Source of the DNA: an uncultured Bacteroidota bacterium
GTDB taxonomy: Bacteria; Bacteroidota; Bacteroidia; Bacteroidales; P3
Assembly (NCBI GenBank): GCA_902775135.1
Contig: CACYKY010000007.1
Span: 56,751-120,750 of the forward strand
Direction: 5' to 3'
DNA: 64,000 bases
Each line of letters starts with the position of its first letter. The first letter of the stretch is position 1. Below are positions 38,124-46,792 of the stretch, one piece after another. The position numbers and the translations under genes were made by a program. Under the pieces are notes generated by a model. It made no database searches, was not told the DNA's origin, and was given only the letters and a program-made list of their open reading frames with translations.

Positions 38124-39821
38124 TTATGCTTTTCCCACTTTCGATTTGAGGTATTCGGTGCATTCCTCGAAGGTCTTGAAGGTGTGGTCTTCGGGGACGA
38201 GGTCGGGGATGAGGTTCATCTTGGTAAGCATATACATTGGCTGGGGCTGGATGATGGTCATAAGCACCTGGGCGCCACGGGCCTGGATGTCCTTAATGGC
38301 CTCCTCCATGGCGTAGAGTCCACTCTGGTCCATGAAGGAGACAAGACGCATGCGGATGATGACGATTTTGGCATCGGCAGGCACGGTGGACATCACCTCC
38401 TTGAACTTGTTGATGGTGCCGAAGAAGATGGGGCCGTTGAGACGCTGGACGTAGATTTTGTGGGCGACGGTGTCGGGCATGCCGTGTTCGTCGTCCCAGG
38501 GGCTTTCCTTGTCGAAGTTGGTGAGTTCCTGGCTGCTGTAGCCGCCTTCCACGAGGTCGGAGGCGCGCTTCATGAAGAGCACGCAGGCGATGACCATGCC
38601 GATGCCGACAGCGGTGAGGAGGTCGACGAAGACGGTGACCAGGAATACCACGATGAGCACCACGGCGTCGGCACGCGGAATCTTGGGCAGGTCCTTGAAG
38701 CCTTTGAAGTCGATGATGCCCCAACCCACGGTGAGGAGGATACCGGCGAGGACCGACAGCGGCACATACTGCACCACGGAACCGAGACCCAGCATGATGG
38801 CCAGGAGGAAGATGGCGTGCACCATGCCGGAGAACTGGGTGCGGCCGCCGCTCTTGACATTGACCACGGTGCGCATGGTGGCGCCGGCACCGGGAAGTCC
38901 GCAGAAGAGACCGGCAACGGCATTGCCTATACCCTGCCCTATCAGCTCGCGGTTGGAGTTGTGCTTGGTCTTGGTGATATTGTCGGCCACCACAGAGGTG
39001 AGCAGCGTGTCGATAGAGCCCAGGCCGGCCAGTGTGAGGCCGGGGATGATGGCGGCCATGAGCACGGCGCTCCAGTTGAGACCTGCCAGGGAAATCTGAC
39101 CGTGGAGGAAGAAGGGTTTGGGCAGACCGGAGGGGATGGCGCCGATGGTGGCCACGCCCTCCATATTGATGAACAGCGAAACGACGGTCATCACGATGAG
39201 GGCCACTAGTGTGGAGGGCACCTTCTTGGTAATCAGCGGGAAGAGGTAGATGATGGCGACGGTGCCCAAACCGAGGAGGAGGGCTGTGATGGAGGTGTGG
39301 GAGAAAGCCTGGGGCAGGCCGGCGAGTTGCTCGACCATGGAGCCGCTACCGTTCTGACCCACCATGGGATAGAGCTGCTGGAGGATGATGATGACACCGA
39401 TGCCGCTCATGAAGCCGCTGAGCACAGGGTAAGGGATATAGCGCACATACTTGCCGATCTTGATGACACCGAAAAGAATCTGGAAGAGACCGCAGAAAAT
39501 GGCTGCCAACGCCATGGAGACAAGCACCTCGGAGATGCTGCCGCCCGAGGAGGCCCAAGCGCCGGAGACGAGGGTGGCGGTGATGACGGTCATGGGGCCT
39601 GTAGGGCCGCTGATCTGGCTGTGGGTGCCACCGAAGAGGGCGGCGAAGAACCCGAGGAGCATGGCGCCTGTGAGGCCGACGTAGGCACCCATGGAAGCAG
39701 CGTCGGGGGAGGCTACGCCGCTGAAAGCCTGTATGCCGAAGGCAAGCGCCAAAGGCAATGCGACGATGCCCGCGGTCACGCCGCCGAACAGGTCGCCTTT
39801 GATGTTGCTGAAGAGGTTCAT
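38124..39821 (-). CDS. SulP family anion transporter with C-terminal STAS domain
   Basis: 565 aa. GDLFGGVTAGIVALPLALAFG N-terminus, polytopic core, STAS-like tail (IVIIRMRLVSFMDQSGLYAMEEAIKDIQARG). Confidence 0.88.
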   Translation of the reverse strand: MNLFSNIKGDLFGGVTAGIVALPLALAFGIQAFSGVASPDAASMGAYVGLTGAMLLGFFAALFGGTHSQISGPTGPMTVITATLVSGAWASSGGSISEVLVSMALAAIFCGLFQILFGVIKIGKYVRYIPYPVLSGFMSGIGVIIILQQLYPMVGQNGSGSMVEQLAGLPQAFSHTSITALLLGLGTVAIIYLFPLITKKVPSTLVALIVMTVVSLFINMEGVATIGAIPSGLPKPFFLHGQISLAGLNWSAVLMAAIIPGLTLAGLGSIDTLLTSVVADNITKTKHNSNRELIGQGIGNAVAGLFCGLPGAGATMRTVVNVKSGGRTQFSGMVHAIFLLAIMLGLGSVVQYVPLSVLAGILLTVGWGIIDFKGFKDLPKIPRADAVVLIVVFLVTVFVDLLTAVGIGMVIACVLFMKRASDLVEGGYSSQELTNFDKESPWDDEHGMPDTVAHKIYVQRLNGPIFFGTINKFKEVMSTVPADAKIVIIRMRLVSFMDQSGLYAMEEAIKDIQARGAQVLMTIIQPQPMYMLTKMNLIPDLVPEDHTFKTFEECTEYLKSKVGKA

Positions 39822-39827
39822 TTGCTT

Positions 39828-39950
39828 ATTGTTTGAATTGTGTGATTGTTTGACTGTGTGATTGTTTGATTGCGTGATTGTGTGATTGTTTGATTGCGTG
39901 ATTGTTTGACTGTGTGATTGTTTGATTGTGTGATTGTTTGACTGTGTGAG
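39828..39950. repeat. imperfect ~16-bp tandem array TGTGATTGTTTGAYTG (about 7 units)
   Basis: Read directly. Occupies the whole spacer between the PAP2 stop (39959) and the SulP start (39821). Confidence 0.9.
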
Positions 39951-39958
39951 TTATACTT

Positions 39959-40594
39959 TTAATCGAGGGTCCAGTAGACGAGTGATACGGAGAGGATGCC
40001 CAAACCTGCGCCGGCCAGCACGTCGCCGGCCCAATGGCGGTTGTTGTAGATGCGCATCAGACCCACGAGCGTGGCAACGGCATAGCCCGCAACGGCTATC
40101 CAAGGATACTCCTTGCCGAATTCGCGACGCAGAATCTCCGCGCCCACAAAGGCCGTGAAGGTGTGCCCGCTGGGGAAGCTGTTATGGGTCGAGTTGTCGG
40201 GCCGTTCCTTGGCGAATCCGTATTTGAAAGCGTTGAGCCATCCGGCACCCAGCAGGTAGCTGCCCCCTTCGAGGAGCAACAGGTGCTTGAAATCATGACG
40301 CCCCTTCAGGCCGCAGAGGTTCAGCACGGCAGGGGTGATGGCCGGCAGATATTGCAGTTGGTCGTCGAAGGTCAGTTTGGGAGGGTTGTGATACATCACC
40401 TCGTCCCTGAGGCTGACGGCCCAGCTGTTGACATCGGGCTGAAATGCCGCCAGCAACCCCGTCCCGATGAGCCCCACGGAGACCGATGTCATGGTGACAT
40501 TCTCGCAAAGCGAAGCGTGGAAGCCGGTCGTATCCCATTGGGCACGGAGGCCCAAGGGCAGAATCATCAACACTATGACCAGGAGTCTCTTCAT
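39959..40594 (-). CDS. PAP2 family membrane phosphatase
   Basis: Start at MKRLLVIVLMILPLGLRAQ (ATGA overlap with comB). KERPDN, PSGH and RIYNNRHWAGDV motifs. The track ORF extension overlaps comB. Confidence 0.8.
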   Translation of the reverse strand: MKRLLVIVLMILPLGLRAQWDTTGFHASLCENVTMTSVSVGLIGTGLLAAFQPDVNSWAVSLRDEVMYHNPPKLTFDDQLQYLPAITPAVLNLCGLKGRHDFKHLLLLEGGSYLLGAGWLNAFKYGFAKERPDNSTHNSFPSGHTFTAFVGAEILRREFGKEYPWIAVAGYAVATLVGLMRIYNNRHWAGDVLAGAGLGILSVSLVYWTLD

Positions 40595-41286
40595 AGCGTG
40601 AGGCGTCCGTTTTTCAGCACGGGAACCACCGGGCAGGTGTCTGTTTTGAAAGCAAAGCGCACATCCTCCTCGGCGCCGAGACCGTAGAGACGATGGACGT
40701 GGGTGGCGTTGGCGCAATAGGCGAAGGGATCCGCTTTGGCCTGCTGCCAAAGGGCAAGGGCCATGTTGGCGGCATCGCCATGGGGCGTAGCCTTGCAGCG
40801 TTCGATGATGGCGCCTGCCACCAGGGTGTCCTCGATGCAAAAGTCGTTTTTCCATCCGCTGCAGAGCAGCACCACATCGCGGCAATCGCGTTGGAGCCGC
40901 TGGCATAGGGCCGTGAGGTTGGCGAAGCAACCCACCAGGGTCACCGCCGCGTCGGAGGCAAGGACGATGGTCACCGTGCCGTTGGTGGTGCTATAGGCCA
41001 GACGGACACCTTTCATGTCGTTGCGTAGATACTCGGTCGGCGAATTGCCATATTCGGCGTTGCCCACTTTGCTGCCATTACGCTCGGCGGCCAGCAGATA
41101 GCCCATCTGGCGGTAGCTCTGCATGTTGTCCAAACTATCCAGCGGCACCACGATACTGCAACCTGCCTGGAAGGCGGCGCAGACGGCGGTGGTGGCACGG
41201 AGGAGGTCTATGGCCACAGAGATATGATTCTCGGTGATGGTGCGATAGGGATAAAGGGCCGGGGAGAGCGATACTTCGATGTTCAT
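40591..41286 (-). CDS. comB: 2-phosphosulfolactate phosphatase family protein
   Basis: 231 aa. AIDLLRATT, GNSPTEY, TTNGT and FCIEDTLVAGAII motifs. Confidence 0.8.
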   Translation of the reverse strand: MNIEVSLSPALYPYRTITENHISVAIDLLRATTAVCAAFQAGCSIVVPLDSLDNMQSYRQMGYLLAAERNGSKVGNAEYGNSPTEYLRNDMKGVRLAYSTTNGTVTIVLASDAAVTLVGCFANLTALCQRLQRDCRDVVLLCSGWKNDFCIEDTLVAGAIIERCKATPHGDAANMALALWQQAKADPFAYCANATHVHRLYGLGAEEDVRFAFKTDTCPVVPVLKNGRLTL

Positions 41287-41299
41287 AGTCGGGGGGGGG

Positions 41300-42061
41300 T
41301 CAGTCTGTCAGTTCGGTCTGTTTCATCTCAACCGTTCCGTCGGGATGAATCTGAAGATTGAAATACTCGGGATGGGATGGGATGTAGCGCTCGGTGCGAT
41401 GCGCGCGGGCGCGCTTGCCGGAGGGCAGGTCCTTGAGGACATACTTGTTGAGCGTCTCCACGAGACGGCAGCGCTGGGCGGTCTCCAGGTCGCATCCGTA
41501 TTTCTCGGCAAAGGCTTGGTCCTCCTGGAGGGGCTTGGGGTTGCCCTTGAAATCGGTGGAGAGGATTTTGCGTGCTTTCACGGAGACATGGAGCAGTTCC
41601 TTGTTGCTCATTGTGGAGCGCAGCACATACTCCGCTTCAACGGTCCAGCTGTTGGTGGTGTTGCTCCAGTCGTGTAGGGTGATGAAGAGGACGGCGTCGA
41701 TACCGAGCTGGGTATAGTAGTCGGAGAGGTCGTCGTTGCGCAGCTGCTTTCCGGAGCGCCATTCGGTGGCGGCGATCTGGGCGGAGGCCAAGGGACCGGG
41801 GACATAGTAGCCGTTGAAGACCAAGGGGTCGGAGGCGGTAAGGAAGAGTTGCTTGGAGGCGATGTTGAGCGAGATGTTGAGTAGCGAGTCCTCCGTGGTG
41901 CGCAGCGCGTGGCGCTTGGAGAGATCGTTGAGCGGCGCCACATAGATCACCGACGGCCGCTCGGTGTAGATCTCGCTATAGTGCTCGAGTTTTTTTTCGC
42001 TCTTGCATGACACCATGAGCATCACGGCCACCATCATCAGTATTGCGTTTCCGGTCTTCAT
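41300..42061 (-). CDS. DUF799 (GNA1162-like) lipoprotein
   Basis: Start at MKTGNAILMMVAVMLMVSC (lipobox). VIYVAPLND...GYYVPGP core. Confidence 0.65.
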   Translation of the reverse strand: MKTGNAILMMVAVMLMVSCKSEKKLEHYSEIYTERPSVIYVAPLNDLSKRHALRTTEDSLLNISLNIASKQLFLTASDPLVFNGYYVPGPLASAQIAATEWRSGKQLRNDDLSDYYTQLGIDAVLFITLHDWSNTTNSWTVEAEYVLRSTMSNKELLHVSVKARKILSTDFKGNPKPLQEDQAFAEKYGCDLETAQRCRLVETLNKYVLKDLPSGKRARAHRTERYIPSHPEYFNLQIHPDGTVEMKQTELTD

Positions 42062-42065
42062 GGCG

Positions 42066-42929
42066 TTAACTGTTTTTGTTTTTCTTTTCGGCCTCGCGGG
42101 CGGCTTTCTGCGCCTCGCGTTCCTTGCGGCGCTGTTCGGCGCGCTCTTTGTTTTGCTTCTCACGCTCCTTGCGTTCGAGTTTGCGGGCCTGCTCCTTGTC
42201 CTTCTTGGCCTGCTCACGTTCCAGCTTCTCTTGCTTGCGTGCATCCTTGACAGCCTGCTTGGCGGCGGCTATCGAGTCGGCCACAAACTGCTTGCGTGCC
42301 GCTTCGGCGGCCTGCTGTTGAGCCAGCAGCTCGCGTTTCTCGTTGGCGGAGAGTTCCACCGGGTAGACCACCGAGTCGATGGGGGTTTGCTGAGAAATCC
42401 ACAAAGAATCGGTGCTGTCGATGACCGGTGCCACATAGGGCAGGGGCTGCAGGGCGCTAACGGAATCGTAGGCCCAACTAGCGAGCTGGGCGAGGTTGGC
42501 GGTGTCGCGTGCCGACGCCAGGGTATCCGCCAGAAACTCGGGCATGAGGCGCTGCTTGATGCGCTGCACCAAGCCCCTACTCTCGGGGAAAGCCTTCATT
42601 TCGGCATTGAGCATACGGCAGGCGGTCCCCGTGTGGCCCATGAGGGCGAGGGTGATACCATACTCGGCATACATGCCGGGATGAAGGGTATCGGCTTTGA
42701 CGGCGGCATTGATGCTCTCGGCATAGACGGTAGCCAGCGAGTGCAATCCGCCATAGGTGGGATAGGTCTGATAGGCCAGCACCTCGGCCCTCGGCACACC
42801 CACATATTTGCCCGAACAGGCGGTCAACAAAACGAAGAACAGAGGACCGAGAACGAGAAAGCGACCGATGGGTGCCATCGGCGTCTTCCGTCCCCGCTGC
42901 TGATACTGTATTGATTCCTTGTTCCTCAT
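42066..42929 (-). CDS. DUF4810-like lipoprotein with ~100-aa Lys/Glu-rich C-terminal tail
   Basis: Lipobox LLTAC. HPGMYAEYGITLALMGHTGTACRMLNAEMKAFPESRG core. Tail KQEKLEREQAKKDKEQARKLERKEREKQNKERAEQRRKEREAQ. Confidence 0.65.
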   Translation of the reverse strand: MRNKESIQYQQRGRKTPMAPIGRFLVLGPLFFVLLTACSGKYVGVPRAEVLAYQTYPTYGGLHSLATVYAESINAAVKADTLHPGMYAEYGITLALMGHTGTACRMLNAEMKAFPESRGLVQRIKQRLMPEFLADTLASARDTANLAQLASWAYDSVSALQPLPYVAPVIDSTDSLWISQQTPIDSVVYPVELSANEKRELLAQQQAAEAARKQFVADSIAAAKQAVKDARKQEKLEREQAKKDKEQARKLERKEREKQNKERAEQRRKEREAQKAAREAEKKNKNS

Positions 42930-42954
42930 CTTTTCATTGTTCGTTTCAAAAAAT

Positions 42955-43364
42955 AGCCAGGGCCTGTAAGCCGGGTTCTGTAACCCCTTGCGGGTCTTCT
43001 ATCATCAATCTGGGGCCGCCGTCGCCGACGGTCTCTATCGACCTACCCTCCGACAACAGCCTTTTGGCTATCGGGCGAGCCGGCCCGAGGTTGTCGGTTT
43101 ATTTGGTCTTTCAGCCCATGAGGCTTGCCATCGTGCCCGTCACCGGGACACGTCGTGGGCTCTTACCCCGCGTTTTCACCCTTGCTTTATGCAAGGAGTT
43201 GTCCCTGCATAATCGGCGGTTTGTTTTCTGTGGCGCTTGCTGTCACCCCTGGGGAACCCCATAGAGCCCGATGAGGGGTGCCTTCCCGTTAGGAAGCATG
43301 GTGGCTCGCGCTGCCCGGACTTTCCTCTCGGCGGCGGATGCCGAGCGATAGAACAGCCCTTGCT
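42955..43364 (-). ncRNA. rnpB: RNase P RNA, bacterial type A
   Basis: The minus strand contains GAGGAAAGTCCGGGC (P4 5' strand), GGGTGAAAACGCGGGGTAAGAGCCCAC and ACAGAACCCGGCTTA (P4 3' strand). A P1 pairing joins the 5' AGCAAGGGCTGT and 3' ACAGGCCCTGGCT segments. Ends are +/- a few nt. Confidence 0.93.
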
Positions 43365-43374
43365 ATTTTGGGTG

Positions 43375-43382
43375 CAAAGATA
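43375..43382 (-). promoter_or_regulatory. Bacteroidota -7 promoter box for rnpB
   Basis: The minus strand reads TATCTTTG, ~10 nt upstream of the inferred rnpB 5' end. Confidence 0.6.
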
Positions 43383-43480
43383 CGCATAATTTTTGGATTA
43401 CACGCGCACTAATATATAAAATAATGCCGACGGCAAGCCGTCGGCAATGATTATGTGGCACTTAGGCGGAATCCTGGACC

Positions 43481-44323
43481 TTAGCGGATGATGGTCACCG
43501 TGCCTTTTTCTTGATGGGCGCGGCCGTCGCTGTCGCGGAATTTCGCCACCCACACATAGGCGCCTTGGGGCATAGCGGAGCCGTCGTAGGTGCCGTCCCA
43601 TTCAAAGGCCGGGTCGTTGCTCTGGAAGAGCTGGCGGCCACCACGGTTGAAGATGACGATGCGGAAATCGGACACCGCCGACGAGAACTGCAGCTTGAAG
43701 GTGCGGTTCTCGTCCACGTCGCCGTTGGGGACAATGACGTTGGGAGCCCACATCAGGTTGTCCTCATGCACTATCGTTGCCGAGGGATCCTTGCTCTTGT
43801 CGGCGGGGGTGGCTGTTGTGGCAGCCGGATGGCTGACGGGATGAGGAGTGCCAGCAGCATTGGCGTTCACAGGGCTGCCAACCAAAGGCTTGACAGGGGT
43901 TACGGCCGTATGTCCCACCTGCCTGGCATCCACGGTTTTGGACTCGGATTGCTGTTGTGGCGAGGGCTCTACCGAAGCCGTTCTTTCGGTCGAGGAGGCT
44001 ACGGCCGGAGCTTTTTCCTGACGGGTTGCGGGAGCCGAAGGCTGCACATCCATAGGCCGCCTGTCGGCAGTCTCAGCGGCCACAACGGCTTGGTTGTCGG
44101 CCGTCGCTGTGGTGGCTGTCGGCTGAAGCATGGCCACAGTCGCAGGCGACACCTCGGCATCGGCCTCCTTCGTCGGCAGGGCCATCCACACCACTGCTGC
44201 CACCACCAGGCAGGCGGCAGCCACACCGCCGGCCATCCTGGCCATACGGCGCACACGCAGACGGTGTTCTATCTTCTCGAAAAGCCCGTTGTCGGGCTGC
44301 ACTTCATAGTTCTTCAGGTCCAT
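43481..44323 (-). CDS. membrane protein with short cytoplasmic N-terminus, one TM helix, low-complexity linker and T9SS type B C-terminal domain (sigma-coupled)
   Basis: Start at MDLKNYEV, 3 nt after the sigma stop. TM helix GGVAAACLVVAAVVWMAL. C-terminus VPNGDVDENRTF...IFNRGGRQLF...WDGTYDG..MPQGAYVW...KGTVTIIR. Confidence 0.75.
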   Translation of the reverse strand: MDLKNYEVQPDNGLFEKIEHRLRVRRMARMAGGVAAACLVVAAVVWMALPTKEADAEVSPATVAMLQPTATTATADNQAVVAAETADRRPMDVQPSAPATRQEKAPAVASSTERTASVEPSPQQQSESKTVDARQVGHTAVTPVKPLVGSPVNANAAGTPHPVSHPAATTATPADKSKDPSATIVHEDNLMWAPNVIVPNGDVDENRTFKLQFSSAVSDFRIVIFNRGGRQLFQSNDPAFEWDGTYDGSAMPQGAYVWVAKFRDSDGRAHQEKGTVTIIR

Positions 44324-44325
44324 AT

Positions 44326-44850
44326 CTATCGTTCTATTTCGTTCTTCAATATTTCCTGCAGTTGCTTGCAGGCACGGGTAAACAGCACCCTCACATTCTT
44401 CTCGCTGGTCTTCAGTTTCTGCGCCACATTCTCGGGAGTCACCCCTTCCACCTCCAGCAGGTTGAACACCGCCCGTTGCCGTTCGGGCAATGCCTGCAGG
44501 GCTCTCACCACCTCCTCTGTGGTGAAGGGGTCGGCGGGCGGCGCCACAGGCTCGACCTTCACCGTGTCGAGAGGCAGCATCTCTTGGTGCTTCCTGATGT
44601 AGTTCAAGCACTCGTTGACCATCAGCCGGTGCACCCAGGCCATCAGCTTTTCGGGCTCACGCAGACGCCCGAGGTGCTCGAACACCTTGATATAGCCTTC
44701 CTGCATCAGGTCCTGTGCTGTCTCGCGGTTGCGACAGTAGCGCATGCACACACCCATCGCCATCGGGGCTGTGGTCTCATAGAGGCGCCGCATCGCATCG
44801 CGGTCGCGTTTCCGACAGTCCTTGACTAGTTGTGTGTACTTTTCTTCCAT
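44326..44850 (-). CDS. RNA polymerase ECF-type sigma-70 factor
   Basis: 174 aa. Region 2 (LMAWVHRLMVNECLNYIRK) and region 4 (LLEVEGVTPENVAQKLKTSEKNVRVLFTRA). Confidence 0.88.
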   Translation of the reverse strand: MEEKYTQLVKDCRKRDRDAMRRLYETTAPMAMGVCMRYCRNRETAQDLMQEGYIKVFEHLGRLREPEKLMAWVHRLMVNECLNYIRKHQEMLPLDTVKVEPVAPPADPFTTEEVVRALQALPERQRAVFNLLEVEGVTPENVAQKLKTSEKNVRVLFTRACKQLQEILKNEIER

Positions 44851-44900
44851 TTGACTTTATAGACACATCTGCTCCCGAAAAATTTCTTCGTTAACATTAT

Positions 44901-45593
44901 TTAACACTTTTGGGAACTCTCGCAACTATCTAAAGTATCGATTATCAACCTTTTGTCAACAACATGGAATTTCACCTCATATCCACCAAAGAGCATCGCA
45001 TAGCGCCGTTCGGGGTCCTCCTGGTAGTGCGGTCGTGGGTCCAACGACAGCGACTGGCGCAAGGCCACCGCCAAATCGGGAGGCAGGCTTGCCAGCAGGC
45101 TTTGCGGGTCGTCCACCTCCAGCGCCGTCTCGGGGGCGGCAGGGGCAAATCCGCTGCGGGCCTCGGGGTGGCTGTCGGCATAGGCCAGATAGGGTTTGAT
45201 GTCATAGATGGGCGTTCCGCTCACCAGGTCGGCGCCTTCCACCACCAGCGCCGGTCCTTTCTGCGCGTCGACAGTCACCTCCATCAGCCGCACCGACGAG
45301 AGGCCCACGGCGTTGGGCCTGTAGGGGCTGCGCGTAGCGAAGACCCCTACCCTTTTGTTGCCTCCCAGGCGCGGCGGACGCACCGTGGGGCTCCATTCCT
45401 GACGACCGTTGAGGTGGAACCCCCACAGCAGCCACACATAGTCGAAACCCTCCAATCCGCGCAGGGCCTCTGCCACCCTGTATTCGGGCTCGAACACCAC
45501 CCGCGCACGGCATTCGGCAAGTCCCGCTTGTCGCGGAACACCGAATTTCGTCTCGTAAGGCCCTTCGATGTGTGCAATCTGTTTTAATTGCAT
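44901..45593 (-). CDS. trmO: tRNA (N6-threonylcarbamoyladenosine37-N6)-methyltransferase TrmO (YaeB family)
   Basis: Start at MQLKQIAHIEGPYETKFGVPRQ. GVFATRSPYRPN and PIYDIKPY motifs. The track ORF carries a long spurious extension. Confidence 0.85.
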   Translation of the reverse strand: MQLKQIAHIEGPYETKFGVPRQAGLAECRARVVFEPEYRVAEALRGLEGFDYVWLLWGFHLNGRQEWSPTVRPPRLGGNKRVGVFATRSPYRPNAVGLSSVRLMEVTVDAQKGPALVVEGADLVSGTPIYDIKPYLAYADSHPEARSGFAPAAPETALEVDDPQSLLASLPPDLAVALRQSLSLDPRPHYQEDPERRYAMLFGGYEVKFHVVDKRLIIDTLDSCESSQKC

Positions 45594-45627
45594 AAGCCCC
45601 CCCCCATCTACAATATGGTTGTCATTA

Positions 45628-46650
45628 TTATTGGGGTCGGTTGCGCCAGAACTCCATGAAATCCTCTTTGTTGCGGACCAGCAGGTTGGGGGTGTCGAGG
45701 CCGTAGGGGCAATGCTCCACACAGTGGTTGCAATGGAGGCAGCCGTCGATTTTCTCCATCTCGTGGAGCCACTCCTCGGTGAGGTAGACGCTGTGGGGAG
45801 CGCGACGGAGGAAGAGCGACATGCGGTTGCAGTCCTGAATCTGTATGCCTGCGGGACAGGGCTGGCAGTAGCCGCATCCGCGGCAGAAGTCGCCGCTGAG
45901 CTCCTTGCGGTCTTTCTCGATGACGGCGCGCATCTCGTCGGTGAGGGCCGGCGGATTGTCCTGGTAGGAGAGCCACTCGTCGAGTTCCGACTCCTTCTGA
46001 ATGCCCCAGATGGGTGCCACATGGGGGTACTGAGCCAGGAAAGCGTAGGCAACGGCGCTGTGGGTGATGAGGCCGCCGCTGAGGCCCTTCATGGCAATGA
46101 AGCCCATACCGGCCTTGCGTGTGCGCTCCACGATGTCCAGGTCGGCCTCCGAGGCCAGGTAGGAGAAGGGGTACTGCAGTGTCTCGTAGAGGCCGCTCTC
46201 GATGGCTTCAATGGCCACGCGCTGGCGGTGGTTGGTGATGCCGATGTGGCGCACCTTCCCCTGCCTTACAGCCTCCTGCATGGCTTCGTAGAGTCCGCTG
46301 CCGTCGCCGGGCTTGGGGCAGAACGACGGGTTGTGGAACTGGTAGAGGTCCACATAGTCGGTGCGCAGCAGCGACAGGCTGGTGGCCAGGTCCTTCCAGA
46401 ATCCTTCGGCGGTGGTGGCACCGGTCTTGGTGCTGATGATCACCTCGCCGCGACGGCCTTCGAGGGCTTCGCCGAGCTTGGCTTCGCTATCGGTATAGAA
46501 GCGGGCGGTGTCGAAATAGTACATGCCGCCGTCGAGGGCGCGACGGATGAGGCGCACGGCGTCGGCGTCGCTGATGCGTTGTATGGGCAGGGCCCCGAAA
46601 CCGTTGCGGGGCACCACAAGGCCGCTCCGGCCAAGGGTAATTTTCTCCAT
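45628..46650 (-). CDS. aldo/keto reductase with C-terminal 4Fe-4S ferredoxin-type domain
   Basis: 340 aa. AKR N-terminus (GFGALPIQR, YFDTARFYTDSE) and Cys clusters CRGCGYCQPCP and CLHCNHCVEHCP. Confidence 0.85.
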   Translation of the reverse strand: MEKITLGRSGLVVPRNGFGALPIQRISDADAVRLIRRALDGGMYYFDTARFYTDSEAKLGEALEGRRGEVIISTKTGATTAEGFWKDLATSLSLLRTDYVDLYQFHNPSFCPKPGDGSGLYEAMQEAVRQGKVRHIGITNHRQRVAIEAIESGLYETLQYPFSYLASEADLDIVERTRKAGMGFIAMKGLSGGLITHSAVAYAFLAQYPHVAPIWGIQKESELDEWLSYQDNPPALTDEMRAVIEKDRKELSGDFCRGCGYCQPCPAGIQIQDCNRMSLFLRRAPHSVYLTEEWLHEMEKIDGCLHCNHCVEHCPYGLDTPNLLVRNKEDFMEFWRNRPQ

Positions 46651-46730
46651 GTGGGTTGCGTTTTAAAATCTATATGTTTCGATAACTCTTTTTCCCGTTT
46701 TTTATTGTGTCGCCGAACCGAAAAAGTGAT

Positions 46731-46769
46731 ATGAAAAGAACCGGCGGCACATTGCTGTGTCGCCGGTTC
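46731..46769 (-). terminator. intrinsic terminator after the BspA-like gene
   Basis: 9-bp stem GAACCGGCG (46738-46746) / CGCCGGTTC (46761-46769). On the minus strand it is followed by CTTTTCAT. Confidence 0.5.
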
Positions 46770-46792
46770 CACTTATGAAAGATTACATGTTC

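Noticed and set aside
42872-43264. 130-aa and 74-aa plus-strand ORFs
   Set aside because: They lie entirely inside rnpB on the opposite strand.
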